From: Clostridia bacterium
Lineage (GTDB): Bacteria; Bacillota; Clostridia; TANB77; CAG-508
Length of the DNA stretch: 64,000 nt
Direction: 5' to 3'
Assembly (NCBI GenBank): GCA_045643205.1
Contig: JAZUKI010000005.1
Location: 1 to 64,000 of the forward strand
The notes beneath the pieces are model-generated. The model saw nothing but the letters and a program-made list of their open reading frames with translations. It made no database searches and was not told the origin of the DNA. A program made the translations under genes and the position numbers. Shown here piece after piece: positions 21,206 to 32,681 of this stretch. Numbering within the stretch: position 1 is the stretch's first letter; each line of letters opens with the position of its first letter.

Positions 21206-21234
21206 ATTATATCTTTATTCTATCTATAAGTCAA
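21206..21234 (-). promoter_or_regulatory. Promoter of the sugar transferase/LCP unit
   Basis: TTGACT-N17-TATAAT. Confidence 0.7.
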
Positions 21235-21238
21235 CAAC

Positions 21239-21279
21239 AAAAAGACTTTGTCGAATTTTAATTCATAACAAAGTCTTTA
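21239..21279 (-). terminator. Intrinsic terminator after dnaJ
   Basis: AAAGACTTTGT...ACAAAGTCTTT with a U-tract. Confidence 0.7.
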
Positions 21280-21346
21280 ATAAATTATTTCTATTTCTCA
21301 GTTTTTTATTGTTTTTAAGTTCTATTTCAGTTGTTTTTATATACTT

Positions 21347-22504
21347 TTAACCGAATATTCCTTTTTTCTTAACAGGTGGTTGTTCTCCTAATGATTCTGC
21401 TAATTTATTAAATAATTCACGTTGTTCTTTTGATAATCTCTTTGGAACTTGTACTTGAACTGTAAATAATAAATCTCCACAAGCATTTGAATTTAATTTT
21501 TTGAAACCTTTTCCTTTTATTACAAATGTTGTTCCAGTTTGTGTTCCTGAAGCAATTGTGAAGTTTTCAGTTTCTCCAGTAACTGTAGGTATTTTTAAAT
21601 CTGCACCTAAAGTTGCTTGAGTTATTGTAATAGGTATTGTGCAGACAACGTTATATCCATCTCTATCAAATACTTTGCTTGCTTTTACATTGATATCTAA
21701 ATAAATATCTCCGTTTTCACCACCATTTTTTCCTGGTTCGCCTTTACCTTGTAGTCTTAATGTTTGGCCATCTTGAACTCCGGCTGGAATGTTTACTTCT
21801 ATAGTAACATTCTTTCTTAGTGTTCCTTTTCCGCCACATGTAGTACAAGGTTCTTTAATAATTTTTCCTGTTCCTCTACATTCATCGCATGTTCCTACTG
21901 TTTGGAATGTAGCGAATCCACCAAGTGATGATGTCTTTTTTACTTGTCCTGTACCATGACAAACATGACATGTATCAACTGTTGTATTTGGCTTTGCACC
22001 CATTCCATGACAAGTATCGCAAGAAACATTTTTACTAATTGTGAATTCTTTTACTATTCCTGTAAAGGCTTCTTCAAATGATATTGATAATGAAGCATGT
22101 AAATCTTGTCCTTTTTGAGGAGCAGTAGGATTTCTTCTTGAGCTTCTTCTACTTCCTCCAAATATAGAGGAAACAAAATCATCCATTACATCATCAAATC
22201 CAAATCCGCTAGAAGAATATGTATATCTTGAGCCTCCAAATCCGAATGGATCGAATCCTGCACCACCAGCGCCACCTCCGAATCCTTCAGCAGTACCAAA
22301 TTGGTCATAATTCTTTTTCTTTTGAGGATCAGATAAAACAGAATAAGCTTCGCCTATTTCTTTAAATTTTTCTTCTGCTTCTTTTTTGTTGTCAGGATTT
22401 GCATCTGGATGCCACTTTTTAGCTAAATGTCTATATGCTTTTTTGATTTCATCATCTGAAGCGTCTTTATTTAAACCTAAAGTTTCATAATAATCTTTTG
22501 CCAT
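21347..22504 (-). CDS. dnaJ: Chaperone DnaJ
   Basis: HPD J-domain, G/F-rich region, four CxxCxGxG repeats. Confidence 0.98.
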   Translation of the reverse strand: MAKDYYETLGLNKDASDDEIKKAYRHLAKKWHPDANPDNKKEAEEKFKEIGEAYSVLSDPQKKKNYDQFGTAEGFGGGAGGAGFDPFGFGGSRYTYSSSGFGFDDVMDDFVSSIFGGSRRSSRRNPTAPQKGQDLHASLSISFEEAFTGIVKEFTISKNVSCDTCHGMGAKPNTTVDTCHVCHGTGQVKKTSSLGGFATFQTVGTCDECRGTGKIIKEPCTTCGGKGTLRKNVTIEVNIPAGVQDGQTLRLQGKGEPGKNGGENGDIYLDINVKASKVFDRDGYNVVCTIPITITQATLGADLKIPTVTGETENFTIASGTQTGTTFVIKGKGFKKLNSNACGDLLFTVQVQVPKRLSKEQRELFNKLAESLGEQPPVKKKGIFG

Positions 22505-22526
22505 TTTATCCTCACTATATTCATTT

Positions 22527-22561
22527 TGAATGGCGAGCTTTTATTAAGCTCGCCGCTTCAA
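22527..22561 (-). other. GC-rich hairpin between dnaK and dnaJ (partial terminator or mRNA stabiliser)
   Basis: GGCGAGCTT-TTATT-AAGCTCGCC. Confidence 0.65.
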
Positions 22562-22568
22562 ATATTAC

Positions 22569-24431
<1,863 letters not shown>

Positions 24432-24479
24432 TTATTTTAGCTATCATTAGCTGATTTTATCTTTGGATTTATTCATTTT

Positions 24480-24565
24480 TAGTGTAAACTTTGTTTTACA
24501 TTTTTCATCTAGTGTACACTTTGTTTTACATTTTCCGTCTAGTGTAAAATTTGTTTTACATTTTT
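24480..24565. repeat. Three tandem 30-bp repeats, each with an internal palindrome
   Basis: AGTGTAAACTTTGTTTTACATTTTTCATCT / AGTGTACACTTTGTTTTACATTTTCCGTCT / AGTGTAAAATTTGTTTTACATTTTT. Confidence 0.95.
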
Positions 24566-25151
24566 AGTTTGCTACAACTACCATTGAATGTCTTAATACT
24601 TTGTCACCAATCATGTAGCCTTTTCTGAATTCTTCTTTAACTGTGTTAGGTCCTAGTTTAGGATCTTGGCACATACTTACTGCTTCATGAAGTGATGGAT
24701 CAAATGGTTTTCCTACTGATTGAATTTCTACAACGTTGTTTGCTTTTAAAATATCTTTTATTTGTTGTAAAACCATTTTTACACCTTCTTGATATTGCTT
24801 GTCTTCAGTCTGTGTTTCGGCTGCTTTTTCAAGATTATCAATTGCTGGAAGCATGCTTGTTACAACATCTCCCATTACTGATGAATACAATGCTTGTCTT
24901 TCTTTGTCGCTTCTTTTTTTGAAGTTTTCAAATTCTGCCATAAGTCTTTTGATTCTGTCATCCGCTTCATCAAGTTGTTCTTTTTGTTGAACTATTTTAT
25001 CATTTAATTCTTGAATTGCTCTTTCTGTAGGATCAGTAATTTCTTTTTCAATTTTCATTTTAACTTCGTTAGAATTCTCAACTGCATCTTCTGTTGCTTC
25101 TGTTGTTTTTATTGTTTCATCTTGTTCTAAATTTTCTTCGTTTCCTTCCAA
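24564..25151 (-). CDS. grpE: Nucleotide exchange factor GrpE
   Basis: AEFENFKKR, FDPSLHEAV, KGYMIGDKVLRHSMV. Confidence 0.97.
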   Translation of the reverse strand: MEGNEENLEQDETIKTTEATEDAVENSNEVKMKIEKEITDPTERAIQELNDKIVQQKEQLDEADDRIKRLMAEFENFKKRSDKERQALYSSVMGDVVTSMLPAIDNLEKAAETQTEDKQYQEGVKMVLQQIKDILKANNVVEIQSVGKPFDPSLHEAVSMCQDPKLGPNTVKEEFRKGYMIGDKVLRHSMVVVAN

Positions 25152-25155
25152 TGCT

Positions 25156-26271
25156 CTAACCTCTCTTTCCTTTTGTATTTTTATTTTCTTTTTTCATAAT
25201 TCCATCTGTTAAAAGTCTGATTTCTCTGTGTTCTAGAAGTCTATTCTTAATAGAAGCACTTTCTTTTCCTGAAAGTTTTCCACTATTTAATTCTTTTCTA
25301 ATATATTTTAAAACAGATATTACTTTTGAGTAATCCATTCTTGTAGGTCCTAAAATTCCGATTGTTCCTAAATCTTTTTCACCAACTTTGTTTTTGAAAG
25401 TAATTAGTGAAAAATCATTTAATCCGTTAATTTCATTTCCTATATAAACATTAAAGTCTTCATCGCCATCTAATAAATTAAATATTAAATCTTTACTGTC
25501 TATTAGTCCAAGAAACTTTTTTGCTGTTTCATTTCGCTTTAATTCTGGATTGTCTAGAGCTTGTTCGGCTCCTTGTACATAAACTCTATCATCTTGTTTT
25601 AATGTTTTATTTAATTGTTTTATTATTGGCTTGATAACGTCAATTTTGTAATTCATTTCACTCATAATAAATTCTTCAATTGGCTTATCAATTACTGATA
25701 ATGGTTTGCCTTTTAATTTTTTATTAAATAAAGCATTTAAAGTTTCGATTTGTTCTTGAGAAACATCGCTATCGAACTTTATGATTGTTTCTTTTATAAC
25801 ACCTGTATCTGTGATTATTACAGCCATTAACATTCTTGAGCCTAGCAAAACAAATTTAATCTCTGAAATGATTTGATTTGATGCGTTTGGTTCAATTGAA
25901 AATGTTGTATAATGAGTAACTTCAGATATTGTTGATGATGTGATTCTTGTTAAATCTTCCATTTCTTCGACTGTGTCTTGAAGTTTTGCATTTATATATT
26001 TTACTTCATTAATATTTAAATTGTTGTCGTCTAAAAGTTCATCAACGTAAAACTTATATCCTTTATTTGAAGGTACTCTACCACTAGATGAGTGAGTTTT
26101 TTCTAGAAATCCTTCTTTTTCAAGAGCAACCATGTCATTTCTTACTGTAGCTGAACTGCAATCAATATTGTATTTTTGAATAATTGTATTGCTTGCTACT
26201 GGCTCTGTAGTCTCGATATATTCGTTTACTATAGCTTTTAAGATTATTCTTTTTCTTTCATCTAATTTCAA
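25156..26271 (-). CDS. hrcA: Heat-inducible transcription repressor HrcA
   Basis: SSATVRNDM, THSSSGRVPS, GILGPTRMDY. Confidence 0.97.
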   Translation of the reverse strand: MKLDERKRIILKAIVNEYIETTEPVASNTIIQKYNIDCSSATVRNDMVALEKEGFLEKTHSSSGRVPSNKGYKFYVDELLDDNNLNINEVKYINAKLQDTVEEMEDLTRITSSTISEVTHYTTFSIEPNASNQIISEIKFVLLGSRMLMAVIITDTGVIKETIIKFDSDVSQEQIETLNALFNKKLKGKPLSVIDKPIEEFIMSEMNYKIDVIKPIIKQLNKTLKQDDRVYVQGAEQALDNPELKRNETAKKFLGLIDSKDLIFNLLDGDEDFNVYIGNEINGLNDFSLITFKNKVGEKDLGTIGILGPTRMDYSKVISVLKYIRKELNSGKLSGKESASIKNRLLEHREIRLLTDGIMKKENKNTKGKRG

Positions 26272-26308
26272 GTTATTGTCACCTCTTTTTTATAGTAAAA
26301 TAAAAATT

Positions 26309-26335
26309 TTAGCAATCTTGTCCTTAGTCTGCTAG
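26309..26335. promoter_or_regulatory. CIRCE-like HrcA operator 1
   Basis: TTAGCAATC-N9-GTCTGCTAG versus consensus TTAGCACTC-N9-GAGTGCTAA. Confidence 0.8.
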
Positions 26336-26337
26336 TA

Positions 26338-26366
26338 ATGATATATTATTTGTTAGCAAAAGTCAA
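26338..26366 (-). promoter_or_regulatory. hrcA operon promoter
   Basis: TTGACT-N17-TATCAT. Confidence 0.65.
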
Positions 26367-26379
26367 CTTAGTTTGCTAA
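26353..26379. promoter_or_regulatory. CIRCE-like HrcA operator 2, overlapping the -35
   Basis: TTAGCAAAA-N9-GTTTGCTAA. Confidence 0.7.
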
Positions 26380-26483
26380 AATTATATAAATGTAATATTG
26401 GTAGCTTGTTTTTATTTATATAGCGCTTGCTTTCAAGCCTAGGAACTATAATATTTTGACCAAATATTAAGAGAATTAAAGTC

Positions 26484-26516
26484 CAAAAAAAGGACTAGAA
26501 TTTCTCCTAGTCCTTT
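26484..26516 (-). terminator. Intrinsic terminator after the cyclophilin gene
   Basis: AAAGGACTAG...CTAGTCCTTT with a U-tract. Confidence 0.8.
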
Positions 26517-26530
26517 AAGTTTTTTATTAA

Positions 26531-27613
26531 TTATTCGTCTATTCCGTATGAACCTATGTTTGATGATCCGTAATATTGTTGCATCATATATGAATAGTAA
26601 TCAAATGGTTTTTGTGTTTCTGGCATTCCGTAGTCAACTCCGTATGTATCAACTGTTATTGATGTAATTTTTGGAGGATTTACAGGTTTGTCTGCTGTTT
26701 TTGTTGTATCTTCTGAGTTTTGTTCTCTTGTTTCAACTTCAACATTGGCAATCTTGTCAACTATTTCTAATCCTTCTGTTACTCTACCAAATGCTGCATA
26801 TTGTCCATCTAATGTTGAATTGTCAGAGTTCATAATGAAGAATTGGCAAGAACCTGAATTGTATCCTTCTTTTGTAATTGATGTTTTTCCTAATGAGCTA
26901 TAGTCTGAACGAGCCATTGATAAAACACCTTTTTCATGTTTTATGTTGTTTTCTGTGTATCCGTTAAGTATGAATTCACCTTTAATAGAATATGCTTCTG
27001 TTCCTTTTGATGAATCTAATTGATCAAGTGTTGCACTTCCTGTTCCATCACCATTTGGACATCCACCTTGAATCATGAAATCAGGAATTGTTCTATGAAA
27101 TGTTTTTCCATTGTAGAAACCATTTTGTGCTAATTTTATAAAGTTAGCTACTGTGTTTGGAGCAGCATCAGGATATAATTCTCCTTTTATTGTTCCGTAG
27201 TTTTCTATAACCATTTCAAATGTTGGATTTTTTCTAACTGTATTTGCTTTCTTAATAATTTGATTTGTTAAATAAGCAATTCCGCCTAATAACAAAATAC
27301 AAACTATTGCAGAAACTAATAATTTCATTTTTGCTGAACTACTGTAGTCAGCTTCAATAACTGGTTTTTTGCTTTCTTTTTCAGCATATTTATCAGCTTT
27401 TGCTTTTATTTTTGCATCTCTTTTTTCTGCTTTTTCTTTATCTCTTTTTTCTTTCTTTTCTTCTTTAGATAATCTTAATTCTTCATCGAAGTCTTCAACT
27501 ACTTCTTCATTTTCGTCATTATCAACTACGATTTCTTCATTTTCATCGTTGTCCACTACAACTTCTTCATTATCTAATTCTTCGTTATCTAAATTATCTT
27601 TTTCCTTTGCCAT
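26531..27613 (-). CDS. Membrane-anchored cyclophilin-type peptidyl-prolyl isomerase
   Basis: APNTVANF, FHRTIPDFMIQGG, GVLSMAR, QFFI, YAAFGRV; one TM after a charged N-terminus. Confidence 0.92.
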   Translation of the reverse strand: MAKEKDNLDNEELDNEEVVVDNDENEEIVVDNDENEEVVEDFDEELRLSKEEKKEKRDKEKAEKRDAKIKAKADKYAEKESKKPVIEADYSSSAKMKLLVSAIVCILLLGGIAYLTNQIIKKANTVRKNPTFEMVIENYGTIKGELYPDAAPNTVANFIKLAQNGFYNGKTFHRTIPDFMIQGGCPNGDGTGSATLDQLDSSKGTEAYSIKGEFILNGYTENNIKHEKGVLSMARSDYSSLGKTSITKEGYNSGSCQFFIMNSDNSTLDGQYAAFGRVTEGLEIVDKIANVEVETREQNSEDTTKTADKPVNPPKITSITVDTYGVDYGMPETQKPFDYYSYMMQQYYGSSNIGSYGIDE

Positions 27614-27632
27614 TTTTTCCTCCAATTATTGA

Positions 27633-29027
27633 TTATTTAATACCTGTTGCTCTTAAGGCATCATTTATGTTGCTGACGCCAATTATATCTAATTTAAATT
27701 TTTCTTTCAAGAGCCTTCTATTATTTTCTGGTATTATAACTTTTTTTATTCCTAAACGTTCACATTCTTTTAAACGTTTATCAATCATGTTTACTGATCT
27801 TATTTCTCCTGTTAATCCAACTTCACCAATGATTGCTGTGTCTTTAGGTATCTCTATATTTTTAAAACTTGATGCAATGACAAGTGCTGTTCCTAAATCT
27901 GCTGCAGGTTCAGTTATTTTCATTCCACTAACTACATTAACATATACATCTTGTGAGCCTAAATTCATGCGTGCTCTTTTCTCAAGAACAGCAATAAGCA
28001 GTGCCATTTTATTATAATCAATTCCGCTTCCTGTTCTCTTTGGAATTCCATAAACGCTTGGTGTAGTTAAAGATTGTAATTCTGCAATTAGTGCACGTGA
28101 ACCTTCAAGTGAACATATAATTGCTGCACCAGCTGTTGGCTCATTGTTTTCTGAGATTAACATTTCAGAAGGATTTGTTACTTCTATCATTCCTTCATTT
28201 CTCATTTCAAACATTCCAATTTCATTTGTTGAACCAAATCTGTTTTTTACACATCTTAATATTCTATATGAAAAGTATCTTTCACCTTCTAAATAAAGTA
28301 CTGTATCAACCATATGTTCTAAAACTCTTGGACCAGCTATTGTTCCATCTTTTGTAACGTGCCCGATTAGAATTGTTGTAATCGCTTCTTGTTTGCATGC
28401 TTGCATTACTCTTGCTGTAATTTCTCTAACTTGACTAACAGTACCTGGCGCTGAAGTAATATCTTCTGCATACATAGTTTGGATACTATCTATTATAACT
28501 AATCTTGGCTTTAATTCGCTTATTTGCGTTTCAATAGAATCTATGTCTGTTTCGCCAAGAAACATTAAATTATCATTTTTTATTCCAAGTCGATCAGCAC
28601 GCATTTTAACTTGTTCTGCTGACTCTTCTCCTGAAACATACAATACTTTTCCTGAACCTTCATTATCAAGTATTGATTTTTCAGGTTTTGCTATTGCATC
28701 GCACAACTGCAAAATTAAAGTAGACTTTCCTATACCAGGTTCTCCACCAATTAAAACAAGTGAACCTTTAACTATTCCACCGCCTAAAACTCTGTCTAGT
28801 TCTGAAATTCCTGTTGAAGTTCTAACTTCTAATTTTCCTTCGACATCATTTAAATTGCGTGGTTTTGATTTCTCTTTTAATTTTACATTTGCACCTGATG
28901 AAGATTTAACTTGTATTTTTTCTTCATAAAATGTATTCCACGAATTACAAGCTGGACATTTTCCAAGCCACTTTGGTGATTCATTTCCACATTCACTACA
29001 AACAAAAACTGTTTTTGATTTTGCCAT
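27633..29027 (-). CDS. radA: DNA repair protein RadA/Sms
   Basis: C4 zinc finger, GGEPGIGKST, KNRFG, Lon-like C-terminus. Confidence 0.98.
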   Translation of the reverse strand: MAKSKTVFVCSECGNESPKWLGKCPACNSWNTFYEEKIQVKSSSGANVKLKEKSKPRNLNDVEGKLEVRTSTGISELDRVLGGGIVKGSLVLIGGEPGIGKSTLILQLCDAIAKPEKSILDNEGSGKVLYVSGEESAEQVKMRADRLGIKNDNLMFLGETDIDSIETQISELKPRLVIIDSIQTMYAEDITSAPGTVSQVREITARVMQACKQEAITTILIGHVTKDGTIAGPRVLEHMVDTVLYLEGERYFSYRILRCVKNRFGSTNEIGMFEMRNEGMIEVTNPSEMLISENNEPTAGAAIICSLEGSRALIAELQSLTTPSVYGIPKRTGSGIDYNKMALLIAVLEKRARMNLGSQDVYVNVVSGMKITEPAADLGTALVIASSFKNIEIPKDTAIIGEVGLTGEIRSVNMIDKRLKECERLGIKKVIIPENNRRLLKEKFKLDIIGVSNINDALRATGIK

Positions 29028-29037
29028 TATTCCTCCA

Positions 29038-29547
29038 CTATATTATATTGTCTTCTCCAACTTTTTGTCTTTTGAATAGTTTCTTTATCTTAGCAAATAT
29101 TTTTGAAATTAATGATTTGTTTTCTATAACAACTAATTCTTTTTTAGCTGTACTTTCGTATTTTAAATTTATTAAGTCAATAATACTAGTTTCATCACTA
29201 ACTATTAAATTTACTTTTTCTAGTTGTGATGAATCTTTTTGAATTGAAGTTGTCTCTGATGAAATTTCTGATTTAGTATTTTTACTTAGCATTTCATTTA
29301 TTACTTGTTTTATTTCTTCATCACACAAATAATCTCTATATATGCTAATTAATAAAGTTTTTGTTTCTCTTTCGATTGGTTGTTGTTCTAATGAAACAGC
29401 TTCATTGTAATCAAAATACAAATTTTTATCACTATTTAATTCAAGTAATGACCAAATACTACTTGGTATTTTAGCTTTTGTTTCTTCATCTAACATCATC
29501 AATATTTGGTAACATTCAGAAAAAACTTTATTAGAAATTACTTTCAT
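29038..29547 (-). CDS. Hypothetical protein (169 aa) with a C-terminal basic amphipathic helix
   Basis: Good RBS (AAGGAG); co-oriented with and tightly spaced to radA. Confidence 0.8.
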   Translation of the reverse strand: MKVISNKVFSECYQILMMLDEETKAKIPSSIWSLLELNSDKNLYFDYNEAVSLEQQPIERETKTLLISIYRDYLCDEEIKQVINEMLSKNTKSEISSETTSIQKDSSQLEKVNLIVSDETSIIDLINLKYESTAKKELVVIENKSLISKIFAKIKKLFKRQKVGEDNII

Positions 29548-29564
29548 ATTTACTCCTTATTGGG

Positions 29565-31022
29565 TTATCTTTCATTATCAATTACAACTTTGCTATTGTT
29601 CTTTGAAATTTCACTAAGCGCTTTAGAAACTTCATCTATTTCTGTTTTTGTTATTCCATTATCGTTAATAATTAATAATTTAAATTGATCATTTATTTCA
29701 GAAATATTTGGTTGTTGCTCTGTTTCATAATAATATTGTTCATAAAGTTTGTTTGAACTTTCTTTATCTTCTTTTGCCATTTCTCTGCAAACTCTATCTA
29801 ATACAAGTGAATAATATGAATCAAATGATCTGTCATGTTTTTCTAAATCGTTTTCACTATAACTAATTTGTCCTCTGCATTCTTTAAATCCTTTCAATTT
29901 TGCAAAGTATTGTTCTGCTTCTGTAAAATCAATCTTTTTATTTTGTTTTACTATTTTTTCTAATTCTTTATTGAATACTTCGTACATTAAAATATTTTGT
30001 GTTGTTCCAAAATATTCACCATATTCTTTGCCTGTTAATTTTATATATTCATCAGCTGTAATGTAATTTGCTTCTGATGTTAATCTATTCATTCTAGCAT
30101 TTAAGAAATTAAATAAGTCTCTTCCATACATATTGATAAATGCTGTGTCAAAATTGTTCTTACCATCAAAGATATCATTGCCTGCTTTCATTCCTGTTAA
30201 GTATTCCATTTGATTTATCATTGACATTGCTTCTTTATTTTTTACATGTTCAGAAAAATTGTATTTAATTTTTCCTTCTGAAGTTTCACTAAAATCTTTA
30301 AGTTCTTTTTCTGAAGTTACATCTTCATTTGTAAAAACATCTTCACAAATTTTATTTATTTTTCCATCGACCATAGAAAATAATCTATTATCATTTAAGA
30401 AAATTTCTGAAGTATAATTACTGCCAGCTATAGCAAAACATAGTTGTCTAAGTAATGCTCTTTGCTTTTCTGGATCGTCTAAATTATCTAAAAGATTTCT
30501 GTCTAAAACACATTCTTTATCTTCTTCAATATAAAATCCTAATGATTCGCTATCTAATGTTGCTTCTGTAAAAGTTGTTGATTTAATTTTACTTAGTGCT
30601 TTGTCTATATTAATTTTATAACCTTTATTTGCTAGTACTTTTAAATGATTTGATGCAAAGTCTAATATTAAATTTTTCTTTTCATTGCTAACTACTTTTT
30701 CATTGAAGTATTTGATGTTTGTATCACCGTTAGTATTATCTTGATATGCTCTCATTGATTCATCTTTTGCAATGTTAGAAATTTGAGCTGTCATAGTTGG
30801 TGGTGTAAAAATGCCTATTGCATTTTTTAAAACATCTTCATCACTAATTGGAACTAGAGAAGTTCTATATCCAATGTCATTAGTTTTTAAATAGCAATAT
30901 AAATCATCATTATCTGCAACTAAATGATAAATTGTTTCTCCATTATATTTAATTGAATCGGCGCTTATATAATTTCTTCCGTTATATACTGCAGCCTTTT
31001 GACTTAAGTCGATAATTTTCAT
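29565..31022 (-). CDS. Hypothetical protein; catalytically degenerate paralog of the neighbouring zincin-like protein
   Basis: 485-aa ORF with RBS. Colinear blocks with 31056-32630, with HEXXH replaced by RQLCF. Confidence 0.7.
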   Translation of the reverse strand: MKIIDLSQKAAVYNGRNYISADSIKYNGETIYHLVADNDDLYCYLKTNDIGYRTSLVPISDEDVLKNAIGIFTPPTMTAQISNIAKDESMRAYQDNTNGDTNIKYFNEKVVSNEKKNLILDFASNHLKVLANKGYKINIDKALSKIKSTTFTEATLDSESLGFYIEEDKECVLDRNLLDNLDDPEKQRALLRQLCFAIAGSNYTSEIFLNDNRLFSMVDGKINKICEDVFTNEDVTSEKELKDFSETSEGKIKYNFSEHVKNKEAMSMINQMEYLTGMKAGNDIFDGKNNFDTAFINMYGRDLFNFLNARMNRLTSEANYITADEYIKLTGKEYGEYFGTTQNILMYEVFNKELEKIVKQNKKIDFTEAEQYFAKLKGFKECRGQISYSENDLEKHDRSFDSYYSLVLDRVCREMAKEDKESSNKLYEQYYYETEQQPNISEINDQFKLLIINDNGITKTEIDEVSKALSEISKNNSKVVIDNER

Positions 31023-31055
31023 CTTTTCTTTCCTTAAATATTTTACTTTAGTTTT

Positions 31056-32630
31056 TTAAAAATCGCCAAATAATAATTTATTATCGTCATCTTTATTATT
31101 TGATTTTTTTTGATTGTTATTTGGATTTATTGTTGGTATACTACTTTGTCTATTATTATTTGGATTTATAACTGGTATGCTGTCTGGTAAAGTATCTTGT
31201 TGTCTTTGCATATTGCTTACTCTAATTCGTTCTGATTCAATTCGAGTTATCTTGGCTTTTGTCTGTTCTGTATTCTTTACTTTCATTCTATCTAATCGAT
31301 GTCTTTGTTTTTGTCTAATTCTTTCTTTTTGTTTTCTTACACAATATTCATACATTTTAAGTTGTGGTGAACTAATAAATTCTTGTGGTGATTTTTTGCC
31401 ATAATACATTCTATAAAAGTTCATAATATTTATTATTTTATGTCTAAATATATTTTCACCATTTTGAATATTTAAATACTCTACTGGAGCAATTGGTCTA
31501 AATTTTGCTTGTTTATAAGTGCATTGATCAAGTTGTTCTTCACTAAAACTATAACCTCTTTCTTTTAATCTAATTGCTACTCTTGAAAAAGCATATCTAT
31601 AATTAGCTTCAAAGCTATTATCTCGCATAAATGTTATTTTGTTTGTTTTAGGATCTTTGTTTCTAAAGATAATTCTTCCGCCCCACTTTTCGGCTAATTG
31701 AAATCTTGTTAATTGTTCTACAGCATCTTCTGGATTTTTTGATGTTTCTATAATTTTATTTACAATTTCTCCTAATACATAGTTTAAACTATCTTTATAA
31801 GCTTTAGCTGGATTTTCTAGTTTATTATATTCGCGTATATTTGTTTGTTTGTTAATCATTCTTATCATTTCTAAATAGAATTCTTTTCCATATTTCTCTT
31901 TAACAGCTTCTTCAAATTTTCCATCATTTTTTAATGCACTTACTTCTGGTTTTATTCCTACCATTGTTCCTAAGATATTCATTATAGAAATAGCTGGATA
32001 ATAATTTGAAGCAGATGTAAAATTGTAATGCAATAAATCTCCGTTTCTTGGCGATAATATAACTCGTGAATATCCTGCATCTCTAAAAGTTTTTATACAA
32101 AATGACTCATCTGATCCTTCAACTATTGCTTTATTTGTTAAATACTTTATACTAAAACCTTGAGTTAAAAAATGAAATCCTTCATGTACTATTACCTTTG
32201 TAAAATCTTCTAGATTTTCTCCTTTTTTCCACTTATCCCATTCATCTTCTTTTAAGAACAATACATTTGTTGGAGTAAATACATATCCATGTATATCTTT
32301 TATAGCTAATTTATGTCCAAGCTTTTTTTCTTGTTCTTCTTGTTCTTTCTTTACTTTTTCGCTATCGCCTTCATATGTATAAGTATTTAATTTTTTAAGT
32401 CTTTTTTGTATCTTTTTTAGTTCTTCTTCATTTAACGGAACATCATTATTTGTATTATAAGTAACTAATGCTGTATTAATAATACTAGCAATAAGTTCAT
32501 TGTCTTCATTAGATATTTTTTTTATACCTATATTGTCATGTAAAACAATTCTTGTAGTTATCTTATTTAGTATGAAACGAAATAATGATTGTCGTTTTTT
32601 TACTTCAACTGGTATTAGTTTGTTTTCCAT
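31056..32630 (-). CDS. Putative zinc metallopeptidase (gluzincin-like HEXXH...EG)
   Basis: IVHEGFHFL followed by AIVEGSDE; no signal peptide. Confidence 0.7.
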   Translation of the reverse strand: MENKLIPVEVKKRQSLFRFILNKITTRIVLHDNIGIKKISNEDNELIASIINTALVTYNTNNDVPLNEEELKKIQKRLKKLNTYTYEGDSEKVKKEQEEQEKKLGHKLAIKDIHGYVFTPTNVLFLKEDEWDKWKKGENLEDFTKVIVHEGFHFLTQGFSIKYLTNKAIVEGSDESFCIKTFRDAGYSRVILSPRNGDLLHYNFTSASNYYPAISIMNILGTMVGIKPEVSALKNDGKFEEAVKEKYGKEFYLEMIRMINKQTNIREYNKLENPAKAYKDSLNYVLGEIVNKIIETSKNPEDAVEQLTRFQLAEKWGGRIIFRNKDPKTNKITFMRDNSFEANYRYAFSRVAIRLKERGYSFSEEQLDQCTYKQAKFRPIAPVEYLNIQNGENIFRHKIINIMNFYRMYYGKKSPQEFISSPQLKMYEYCVRKQKERIRQKQRHRLDRMKVKNTEQTKAKITRIESERIRVSNMQRQQDTLPDSIPVINPNNNRQSSIPTINPNNNQKKSNNKDDDNKLLFGDF

Positions 32631-32681
32631 ATTCTCCTACTTTATAATGATGAAATATTTTTATTTCTAAATATCCTATTT

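Noticed and set aside
24480-24565. Possible mini-CRISPR array
   Set aside because: Units are head-to-tail with no unique spacers, and no cas genes are in the window.
29038-32630. Known toxin-antitoxin, ImmA/IrrE or anti-phage system
   Set aside because: No HTH partner, nuclease, ATPase or other defence motif was recognised. Kept as an unknown module.
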